The position numbers and the translations under genes were made by a program. From a virus (Duplodnaviria > Caudoviricetes): a stretch of 64,000 nucleotides of DNA. Location of the stretch: positions 643 through 64,642 of IMG/VR virus record IMGVR_UViG_3300046170_000287; one strand, written 5' to 3'. Numbering within the stretch: the stretch's first letter is position 1; every line of letters begins with the position of its first letter. The notes beneath the pieces are model-generated. The model was not told the DNA's origin and made no database searches. It saw only the letters and a program-made list of their open reading frames with translations. Shown in pieces: positions 25,798 to 34,400 of this stretch.

Positions 25798-26765
25798 TGG
25801 GATTATTTGATGAAAGAATAGCGTATAAACCTTTTGAATATCCAGAGTATTACACAGAAGGTTGGTTAAAGCAAGCTCAAGCATTTTGGTTACATACTGA
25901 AATACCAATGAGTGGAGATGTTAAAGATTGGAACGAAAAATTAAATGATAAAGAGAAAAACTTGGTCGGAAACATATTACTCGGTTTCGCGCAGACCGAA
26001 TGTGCAGTCTCGGATTATTGGACGCAGAAGGTTGTCGGATGGTTTCCGAAGCACGAGATACAGCAAATGGCTATGATGTTTGGTTCGCAAGAAACAATAC
26101 ACGCAGTAGCATACAGTTATTTAAATGAAACATTAGGACTAGAAGATTATGAAGCATTCTTACATGAACCGGCGACGGCTGAGAGATTTGATAATCTGGT
26201 TGCTTACGACGGCAGTAATTCTGTGGGCATTGGTAAAAGCTTGGCTGTATTTTCAGCCTTCGCTGAAGGAGTTAGCTTGTATAGTGCTTTTGCAGTGCTG
26301 TATAGTTTTCAGCTTAGAAATTTACTTAAGGGTATCGGGCAACAAATGAAATGGTCTGTGCGTGATGAAAGCTTACACAGTAAAATGGGTTGCAAGCTTT
26401 TCCGCGATATGTGCAGCGAAAACAATCAATTGTTGAATTTATGTCAAGAAGATATAGTAAAAGCTGCAGAAACTATGGTTGCTTTAGAAACTAAATATAT
26501 TAAGAAAATGTTTGAGATGGGTGATATAGAAGGTATATCAGCAAATGATCTTACGCACTTTATAAAAAAGAGAACAAATGAAAAACTTGTTGAGCTGGGT
26601 TACATTGACCTTTGGAACTATTTCGCATATGACAAAAATGCAGCAGCTAATCTTGATTGGTTCTATCATCTTACCGGCGGGGTCACTCATACTGATTTTT
26701 TCGCGATACGGCCGACAGATTATAGCAAAGCTGGTGAAGGAGAAGACTTTGAAGACATTTGGTAA
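25797..26765 (+). CDS. nrdB: Ribonucleotide reductase class I beta subunit
   Basis: YKPFEYP, FW, ETIHAVAYS, AEGVSLYSAF, RDESLH, HTDFF. Confidence 0.93.
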   Translation: MGLFDERIAYKPFEYPEYYTEGWLKQAQAFWLHTEIPMSGDVKDWNEKLNDKEKNLVGNILLGFAQTECAVSDYWTQKVVGWFPKHEIQQMAMMFGSQETIHAVAYSYLNETLGLEDYEAFLHEPATAERFDNLVAYDGSNSVGIGKSLAVFSAFAEGVSLYSAFAVLYSFQLRNLLKGIGQQMKWSVRDESLHSKMGCKLFRDMCSENNQLLNLCQEDIVKAAETMVALETKYIKKMFEMGDIEGISANDLTHFIKKRTNEKLVELGYIDLWNYFAYDKNAAANLDWFYHLTGGVTHTDFFAIRPTDYSKAGEGEDFEDIW

Positions 26766-26839
26766 TTGGTGTAGAGTTTATGAAAAAAGTATTAACCTTG
26801 GAATAGACTTAACAGAAAAAGAAATAGAAAAAGATTTAT

Positions 26840-27073
26840 ATGAAAGGAAGCAAACAAAGTAGAACAGATCTGCTAGAAAAAAAACTACAAGCAACAATAA
26901 ATATAATTAAACAATTATTAGATGAAAATGCTTACTTAAAAGATCTAGCCGTTGGTACGCTAGAAACAGTAAAGCTTATGCCTGGTTACGACAAAGCTAT
27001 TGAAGAACTTAAAACTAAATTAAAAGATGGACAGGAAGAGAAGGTGGAAGTACCGGCTGCTGAAGACGCTTAG
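26840..27073 (+). CDS. Hypothetical protein
   Basis: ORF between nrdB and nrdA. Confidence 0.6.
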   Translation: MKGSKQSRTDLLEKKLQATINIIKQLLDENAYLKDLAVGTLETVKLMPGYDKAIEELKTKLKDGQEEKVEVPAAEDA

Positions 27074-27296
27074 GTATACTAATAAGCTTACGTCATATCA
27101 AAAAGTAGCATCACGTATAGGTTATATGGGTGCTGGTTTTGTTATAGCTGGACAATGGACAATTGAACCTATATTTTTTATTATAGGATTTATATGTGTG
27201 ATAGTACAAACGTCATCACGTAAACAATGGAACTTAGTAGCTTTAAACGTTAATGGTTTAATAGCATGGATCATACACTTAATAAACGGAATATAA
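27027..27296 (+). CDS. Small membrane protein (about 3 hydrophobic helices)
   Basis: Basic N-terminus followed by hydrophobic stretches; abuts nrdA. Confidence 0.6.
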   Translation: MDRKRRWKYRLLKTLRYTNKLTSYQKVASRIGYMGAGFVIAGQWTIEPIFFIIGFICVIVQTSSRKQWNLVALNVNGLIAWIIHLINGI

Positions 27297-29018
27297 ATGT
27301 GGAACAATGAATGGAAAAAAGGAGAGGATTACCCTAAATGGGGTGATACGGACGTATACAAAAAAACTATCGCTGGTGGGTATTTACTACAAGATGAAAC
27401 ACCACGTGAAGCATATACAAGGGTTGCTAAGACTGTTGCTAGACGATTATATAAGCCGGAAATGGCAGACACGTTTTTTCAGTATATTTGGAATGGTTGG
27501 CTCTGTTTGGCTAGTCCTGTGTTATCCAATACAGGTACTGATCGTGGTTTACCTATTAGCTGTTTTGGTATCGATGTGGCTGATTCTATACAAGATATTG
27601 GACAAAAAAACTTAGAGATGATGCTACTCGCTAAGCATGGCGGTGGAGTTGGTATCGGTATAAATCAAATAAGACCCGCAGGCGCTAAAATTACAGGCAA
27701 TGGAACAAGTGATGGCGTTGTGCCGTTTTGTAAAATATACGATTCGACAATACTTGCCACTAATCAAGGATCTGTCAGACGAGGAGCTGCATCAGTTAAT
27801 ATTAATATTGATCACCCCGATTTCGATGAGTGGCTTGAAATACGCGAACCCAAAGGTGATGTCAACAGACAATCACTTAACATGCACCAGTGCGCTGTGG
27901 TTGGCGATAAATTTATGCGACGAATTGAACAAGGAGATAGAGACGCTAGAAAACGTTGGGGAAAATTACTTCAAAAGCGTAAAGCTACTGGCGAACCTTA
28001 CATCCTTTTTAAGGGGAATACAAATAAAAATAACCCACAAGCCTATAAAGACAACGGCTTAAAAGTTCATATGACAAACATATGTTCTGAGATCACATTA
28101 CACACAGATGAAAACCATAGCTTTGTATGTTGTTTATCATCTTTAAATTTAGCAAAGTATGAAGAATGGAAAGGTACAAACCTTATATACGACGCCACGT
28201 GGTTTCTTGATGGCGTTATGGAGGAATTTATTCAAAGAGCAAAAGGACTTAGAGGTTTTGAAAATGCCATTCGTTCTGCTACAAAAGGACGAGCACTTGG
28301 GTTGGGTGTACTCGGATGGCACACGTATCTCCAAGAAAAGAGCATTCCTTTTGAAGGTCTTCTTGCTCAGTTTGAAACTAGGAAAATATTTTCGCAAATT
28401 AAAATCGAGTCTGAACGCGCTAGTATGGCTCTTGCTGAAGTTTATGGCGAACCTTTGTGGTGTGCTGGTAGTGGTTATCGTAATACTCACCTTAGGGCTA
28501 TTGCTCCCACTGTTAGCAATTCAAAGCTTAGCGGAAACATTTCACCCGGAATAGAACCTTGGGCTGCAAATGTATTTACAGAGCAATCAGCTAAAGGAAC
28601 TTTCATAAGAAAAAACCCTACACTTTTAAAATTATTTAGAAAACTTAAAATTAATAACAATGAAACATGGGATAAAATTCTGGCAGATGGTGGTAGTGTT
28701 CAAGGTCTATCTGAGCTTGATGGGATTACAATGGGACCTCACGATGTACCAGCTAAAGACGTTTTTAAAACGTTTAAAGAGATCAATCAACTCGAACTAG
28801 TAAATCAAGCTGGTATTAGACAGCAATACATAGATCAGTCTGTTAGTTTAAACTTAGCGTTTCCTAGCGTAGCTACACCTAAGTGGATCAACCAAGTTCA
28901 TATGTCAGCATGGAAAAAAGGTATTAAAACCTTGTACTATACTAGAACTGAATCAGTACTACGTGGTGATATAGCGCAACAAGCTATGAGTGAAGATTGT
29001 ATTGCCTGTGACGGATAA
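27297..29018 (+). CDS. nrdA: Ribonucleotide reductase class I alpha subunit (no ATP cone)
   Basis: SPVLSN, PISCF, GGGVG, TNICSEI, VCCLSS, APTVSNS, KTLYY, C-terminal CIAC. Confidence 0.95.
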   Translation: MWNNEWKKGEDYPKWGDTDVYKKTIAGGYLLQDETPREAYTRVAKTVARRLYKPEMADTFFQYIWNGWLCLASPVLSNTGTDRGLPISCFGIDVADSIQDIGQKNLEMMLLAKHGGGVGIGINQIRPAGAKITGNGTSDGVVPFCKIYDSTILATNQGSVRRGAASVNINIDHPDFDEWLEIREPKGDVNRQSLNMHQCAVVGDKFMRRIEQGDRDARKRWGKLLQKRKATGEPYILFKGNTNKNNPQAYKDNGLKVHMTNICSEITLHTDENHSFVCCLSSLNLAKYEEWKGTNLIYDATWFLDGVMEEFIQRAKGLRGFENAIRSATKGRALGLGVLGWHTYLQEKSIPFEGLLAQFETRKIFSQIKIESERASMALAEVYGEPLWCAGSGYRNTHLRAIAPTVSNSKLSGNISPGIEPWAANVFTEQSAKGTFIRKNPTLLKLFRKLKINNNETWDKILADGGSVQGLSELDGITMGPHDVPAKDVFKTFKEINQLELVNQAGIRQQYIDQSVSLNLAFPSVATPKWINQVHMSAWKKGIKTLYYTRTESVLRGDIAQQAMSEDCIACDG

Positions 29019-29025
29019 AAACAAT

Positions 29026-29053
29026 GAAGGGGACCTCGTTTGAGATCCCCTTC
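29026..29053. terminator. Hairpin terminator between the convergent early/middle and late blocks
   Basis: GAAGGGGACCTC-GTTT-GAGATCCCCTTC stem-loop just after the nrdA stop. Confidence 0.7.
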
Positions 29054-29086
29054 GGTTACAGGAACTTTTGGGTATGGTACGCCCAG

Positions 29087-29314
29087 TTATTTTTGTTCCT
29101 TATTTTCTTTTCTATCTAATTTTTTACGTAGTCTTTTATATATTCTTTTAGCTTTATTTTCTTCTGGACTTTCTTCATAGTCTTCAGAGTCTGATTTAGA
29201 TCTAATAAAAGCTGCTCTTCTAGCCATTTCTACTTCTTTTCTTAATTTTTCAAGTTTATTTTTTTCTTCTACAGGGCTTTTCTGCATAAATGGACTTGCA
29301 AATTTACTACTCAT
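29087..29314 (-). CDS. Small charged protein with leader MSSKFASPFMQKSP
   Basis: Leader shared with the neighbouring genes. Confidence 0.7.
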   Translation of the reverse strand: MSSKFASPFMQKSPVEEKNKLEKLRKEVEMARRAAFIRSKSDSEDYEESPEENKAKRIYKRLRKKLDRKENKEQK

Positions 29315-29319
29315 AATAT

Positions 29320-29562
29320 TTATTTTTCTAATTTATCATCAATTTTTATTACATAAGGCCCTTTAGCGTCTACTTTTACAGAGCTATAGTCTTGACCTGA
29401 AACTGTTTTACCAATAGCTTTATCTAAATCGTCTTCACTAACTAAAGCTCCTTCTTTATAATCTCCTTTTAGTCTTATTTTATTTCCAGTAGTGCTACCT
29501 CTACCAGGTTTTGATTGAAAAGGTTTCTTCTGCATAAAAGGACCTGAAAATATACTGCTCAT
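29320..29562 (-). CDS. Small protein with leader MSSIFSGPFMQKKP
   Basis: Shared leader. Confidence 0.7.
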   Translation of the reverse strand: MSSIFSGPFMQKKPFQSKPGRGSTTGNKIRLKGDYKEGALVSEDDLDKAIGKTVSGQDYSSVKVDAKGPYVIKIDDKLEK

Positions 29563-29567
29563 AATAT

Positions 29568-29708
29568 TTATTTTTTACAAACACACTCCGCTACCGGACA
29601 GTCTTTTACGTTAACAATTAATTTTGAAACTAACCAATTCCATTTACACATTAGCTTGCACCAGCAAGCTTGCATCCATAATCCTAATTTTACTAATAAT
29701 TTTCCCAT
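29568..29708 (-). CDS. Small Cys/Trp-rich peptide (MGKLLVKLGLWMQACWCKLMCKW...CPVAECVCKK), not in the ORF track
   Basis: 46-aa ORF that exactly fills the gap between neighbours. Confidence 0.55.
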   Translation of the reverse strand: MGKLLVKLGLWMQACWCKLMCKWNWLVSKLIVNVKDCPVAECVCKK

Positions 29709-29712
29709 TGTT

Positions 29713-29985
29713 TTATATTTTTTTATATTTTTCAGGTTGTGAAGGTATGTTATTTAACACACCATCTTCTGCTTCTACAAATACCCCATGCTTATTACTA
29801 TAAAAAGAACCATCTTCTCCAAATTCGTTATAAGCTCTGTTTTGTAATTTCATTTTATCTTCTTCGCTAACTTTACTTGCTTTTTCACTGTATTTTTTTT
29901 GAAAATCTTTTACAGCTTTATTTACTTTTAAAGGATCTATAGGACTTTTCTGCATAAAAGGTCCTGAAAATTTTGATGCTTCCAT
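29713..29985 (-). CDS. Small protein with leader MEASKFSGPFMQKSP (start moved to ATG 29985)
   Basis: Shared leader; A-rich sequence before the ATG. Confidence 0.7.
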   Translation of the reverse strand: MEASKFSGPFMQKSPIDPLKVNKAVKDFQKKYSEKASKVSEEDKMKLQNRAYNEFGEDGSFYSNKHGVFVEAEDGVLNNIPSQPEKYKKI

Positions 29986-29986
29986 T

Positions 29987-30265
29987 TTATTTTTCTTTAT
30001 GTTTATTACAAAAGTTTTTAGCAGCTTCTTTGCTACCAAAGCCCCATTTTTTTAATGCCATTTTTAATTTAGTTGGTTCGCCTTTAGCATTTTTTAAAGC
30101 GCCAGCCATGCCTCCAAATCTACAAGCAAACGAAACTCTACGTTTACCCGTTCCAGATGTTTGTCTATCACCTAGTGTTTTTCCAGTTTCAGACTTATGC
30201 TTTGATCGCATTTTTTTATTTTGCTTCTCATAAGAAGCTTCTGTTATTTTAAATGGTGAATTCAT
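29987..30265 (-). CDS. Small basic protein (RRVSFACRFGGM) with SPF leader
   Basis: Very basic; begins MNSPFKI. Confidence 0.65.
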   Translation of the reverse strand: MNSPFKITEASYEKQNKKMRSKHKSETGKTLGDRQTSGTGKRRVSFACRFGGMAGALKNAKGEPTKLKMALKKWGFGSKEAAKNFCNKHKEK

Positions 30266-30687
30266 ATATTACAATATTCTTTATAAGCATCAAAACAAGG
30301 GCATGCCTTTGCTGAGAACTCGTTGTGTCCATGTATTGTTGCATTTGGGTGCAACCTCTTTAGTGTTTTAAGCAAGTCTAATAAACTTTCTTTTTGTTTT
30401 ATTGTTCTAGTATCTTTAGCAATCCATTTGCCATTAGAACCGCGTTTTGATTCAACTCCTCCAATATAGCAAATTCCTATAGAACCTTCGTTTTCGCCTT
30501 TAACATGAGCGCCTTGTTTATATATGCTACGACCGTACTCTATAGTACCGTCTAATAAAACTACATAGTGGTAGCCTATACCACTCCATCCTTTTTTTAA
30601 ATGCCATCTATTTATTTCTGCAGCATCCAATTCTCTACCTTCTTGTGTAGCTGAGCAATGAACTATAATTTTATTTATTGCTCTCAT
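30262..30687 (-). CDS. Endolysin, N-acetylmuramoyl-L-alanine amidase (T7 lysozyme-like)
   Basis: IIVHCSAT, IGYHY, GAH, SIGICYIGG, GHNE...KACPCF. Confidence 0.93.
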   Translation of the reverse strand: MRAINKIIVHCSATQEGRELDAAEINRWHLKKGWSGIGYHYVVLLDGTIEYGRSIYKQGAHVKGENEGSIGICYIGGVESKRGSNGKWIAKDTRTIKQKESLLDLLKTLKRLHPNATIHGHNEFSAKACPCFDAYKEYCNI

Positions 30688-30871
30688 TTTCTTTTTTAAT
30701 ATTGATCCATTTAGAAATAGTATAACCTATAGTTATAAGTAATAATAATATTTTCAAACCGTCTTCTATGTGTGTAAAGGTAGTAATACCTAGCGCACCC
30801 GCATTCATAGCGTATAGCTTCATATCTGATAAACTCATTTTATTCTCCACATTTTTTAGATGGATCTGCAA
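30671..30871 (-). CDS. Putative small holin
   Basis: Hydrophobic helix LKILLLLITIGYTI plus basic tail, directly upstream of the endolysin; true start probably the second Met. Confidence 0.5.
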   Translation of the reverse strand: MQIHLKNVENKMSLSDMKLYAMNAGALGITTFTHIEDGLKILLLLITIGYTISKWINIKKENESNK

Positions 30872-31328
30872 CCTGTCTCCAGTCTTGCTTAACCCAGTCT
30901 TTTAAATTTTTACTACTAGTACCTTTAACATTGCTGCTACTAGATCTAACTCTCTTTCCATCAGCCGCGGCAGCTCGCTTAGCGTTAATAACCTTTTGTC
31001 TTTCTTCTTGGCTCATGCTAGCTATTTTAGCTTTAGGTAAACATACTTTAGTTGTACCTCCACCTTTGGCTTTTGTTTTTTTAACTGGTGAAGATTTACG
31101 ACAACTTCCTTTAGCATTTTTTTTAGTGCCTGGAACTCTCTCGTAACCTTTCCAGCAGTCTAAAGGTGATGTTCTTTTTTTCTCTGCATTAGCTAAGCTA
31201 GCATCGTTACCAGATCCTCTACCTGCTGCTGCAGCTGTTCTGCTACGCATTTTATTCCAAGGTTGAGTGTGCATTACATTAGCCCAGCAATGGCCTAAAG
31301 GCGAGTCTGTTTTTTGTTTATAAGCCAT
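30840..31328 (-). CDS. Basic protein with internal SP motifs (CWKGYERV, LKDWVKQDW)
   Basis: ATG at 31328; DSPL, TSPL and SSPV separate short modules. Confidence 0.65.
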   Translation of the reverse strand: MAYKQKTDSPLGHCWANVMHTQPWNKMRSRTAAAAGRGSGNDASLANAEKKRTSPLDCWKGYERVPGTKKNAKGSCRKSSPVKKTKAKGGGTTKVCLPKAKIASMSQEERQKVINAKRAAAADGKRVRSSSSNVKGTSSKNLKDWVKQDWRQVADPSKKCGE

Positions 31329-31456
31329 TAGCACTTACCTTTTTTCTGCTGCTTTGAAGCCCACATATTAGCGTATGCGCTAGGGTATACTTTAAATTTT
31401 TTCTTTGCTGCCGCTTTGCAAGACGCTGTTAGTTTTTTCAATATCGCTGATGCCAT
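31328..31456 (-). CDS. Small basic peptide (KKKFKVYPSAYANMWASK), not in the ORF track
   Basis: 42-aa ORF whose stop overlaps the next ATG. Confidence 0.6.
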   Translation of the reverse strand: MASAILKKLTASCKAAAKKKFKVYPSAYANMWASKQQKKGKC

Positions 31457-31463
31457 AGTTTAT

Positions 31464-34400
31464 TTATTTATCCATTAATTCTAAAATCTTTTCAACTCTA
31501 TTTTTCTCGTATCTAAGATCTCTTATTTCTTTTTTAGTAAGCCCAAACTTGGTTAATGTTTTAACTTGATCTGGTTTATTTTCTGCTTTAATAGAGTCAA
31601 ATTGTCTTCTAAGTTTAGCTTCATTTGATTCTTTTGGTTTTACAACTTCAACTTCTTCACCATCTACAATAACTTTAGAATCTTCTTTAGCTTTCTGTAA
31701 TTCAATTATTTTTTTAACTCTATTGTTTTCTTTACCTAAAGCTTTTATTTCTTTTTTAGTAAGACCTAAATCTAAAAGCATGTCTATTTGATCTTTAGTT
31801 TTAGTATCTTTTTTCATTGTATCAAACTCTCTTTGTTGTATCTCTTCAGGCGTTGGATCTGCTTTTGCATCCCAACCTCCATAATAAGGAAGACCTACAT
31901 CGTATGTAGAGTAACCAGCTGCTAAAGCTATTTTTTGCCACTCAGCTGTTTGTTCGCTTAATATACCTCTTATGTTATTAACTTTTTTAACAACACGATC
32001 TAAAGGCACGTTTGTAAATGCAGTAAATATTTGTGATCCTGCTAAATAAGCTGGGTTGTCTAAGCTAAAGCCTTTTTCTTTAATCTCCTTCATGTTCCAG
32101 CTAAAGCTTTTTAAACCACCTACTATTTTTCTATATTTAGAACTAATAGCTGGTGAAAAACTTAAAGCTTCTATAGCAGCTTTTTCGTACTCAGGTCTTT
32201 TTTTGTCAGACTCTGATATTATTTTTAGCACTGTATTTTTAGCAGCAACCATAGCTGCCCCAGCAATACCTAAACCTTTTAACTGAGAATCTATCATGCC
32301 GTTAGCAACTCTAGTTATTTTTTGTTCATTTCTTGCCTTTAACTTAGGATCTTTTTCATCTTCATCACTACCAAAACCTATAGCGAATAAAGCCTGTTGC
32401 AGTGAGTTAAATATTAAATTTTGTATAGCGCCGTAATAAGCTATTTTAGATATGTGTTCTTTAGCATCACCACGACCTGCTATTAAATCTTGCGCAGCTC
32501 TTTTTTGTATTCTAACGTACTGCATTGGAGTATTAGCCCAGTTAAGTATAACACGACCAGCGCCAGAAGCTTGCTGCATACTAATTTTAGAAGCATCACT
32601 AGACTGCTGACTTTCTTCTGCAACATCTTTAAAGTCTTCAAATGCTTTTTCTTCTGCAAGTTTTTGATCCATGCCTTCTTTAGCATACTTCTTAATTCTG
32701 TTTCTATAAAAAGTAGAACCACCAGAAGCTATAGCAAAACTATCTGCATATCTAGTAAGAACAAAACCTTTACTAAGTAAATATGATATAGCGGCATTAA
32801 CTTTGTTTTTAGAGTCTTTAACAGCATCAGCTATTTCAGATTCACTTACGTTTATTTTAAGACCATTACGACGCTGAACTAGATAGTCAGAGTTCATGAG
32901 CTTCATAAAGTCTCCCCAGAACTGTTTTTGGTTAGCAAAAGCTTTACCTGCCGCTATAGGATTATTATCACCCCAATTTAAAAAGTTTACAGAAGATATA
33001 GTTTGAAGAAGTGCAGATCTAGTATTTAAGAACATCACGGCACCAACAGAGTTGTTAGTCCAGTCTAGCACTTTATTTGTTATTTCACTACCACCAATTG
33101 GTCTATTACTACCTGACTTCATTCTACGAAGAGTATCTTCTAAAGCTTTACGCCATCGAGTACCATACGCAGCTTCCATTTTATTTAGATTTTCAGGTGA
33201 AAATATAATGTCTACATTTTCTCTAAAAGTCTTTTGGTATTCTGCTCTATTGACTTTGTTTATACCACCTATTATATCAGTAGTTAAATTACCCGCTAAC
33301 CAGTTTTTACCAGGTTCAGGATATCCTTTACCTTTTTGACTTACTATAAGTTGATCTGCAAATGTTTGAAGCTCAGAGCTATCAGTTACAAATTTATTTA
33401 GTTTTATTATATCAGCCTTTGATAAACCAGGTATTGACATACCTTGTTTGGTCCACATATAAGTTCTAAGAGCATGCTGATATGTAAATTTACCTACACC
33501 AGTTTCTTTTTTAAGCGTAGTAGGTATAGTCTTATACATGGACTTTAATGCCATGAAGTCATTAGCAGCAGATATCTTAGCTTGTATAGCTGAGTCTTCT
33601 GCTCTGTTGTAAGGATCAATAAGATTGTTTTTAAGGAATTCAAAATGTGCTTCACCTTGTTTGCCTTTACCTATCATTTTATACAGTAAACCTTTAAAGT
33701 CTTCAGCTGATGAAGCCATTGTAAGCCAATCAAATCTACCTTTATTTTCACCTAATGTTTTAGCTTTAGCAGCAGAAAAAGTTTTAAAAGCTTCAATACC
33801 GCTACTAGCCTCTATCATTTCATTAGTTATAGTATTAAAAGTCTTAGCATTACTAAACTTAGCTTGTTGTACCTTGCCTTTAACATCAGCTTGATCTAAC
33901 ACTTCTTTTACGGCTTGCACGTTTTTAAGCGCATCATCAGCAAAATAAAAATCATTATAACCTTCAGATACTTTATCCATGATCCATCGGCCTTTAGCAC
34001 TAGCTTTACCATCAGCTAGTCCAGTTATATTTTTTAAAGGTATATCAATACCTAAAGCTTTCATAAATTCTCTTATAGGACCAGCGGCATCTTGAGGTCT
34101 AGCTGTTAATACAAATAAATCTTCTGTACCTCTTGCGTCTGCTATTTTTTTAGCTACATCAAACAAAGGTCCTTTCTTACCATCAACTACTTTACTAAAT
34201 TCGCTAAAATCAAACTTAGCTCCTTTGCTTTCTAATTCAGCGGCTCTTTTAGCAAACTCTGTTGCGTTTATTTTAAATGTCTCACCACTTGGAAAATCTT
34301 TTAAAACTCTAGCTTGTTGCTCTTCGTTTAAATTTTCAAAGTTTTGTTTAGAGCTAGGCTTGTTTTCAAATTCTTTTTTAAATATTCTTCTAGCAGCAAT

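Noticed and set aside
27307-28554. Three +1-frame ORFs (102-131 aa) inside nrdA as an overprinted or read-through gene
   Set aside because: Separated by real stops (TAG at 27613 followed closely by TGA); explained by codon usage of the main frame; no recognisable product
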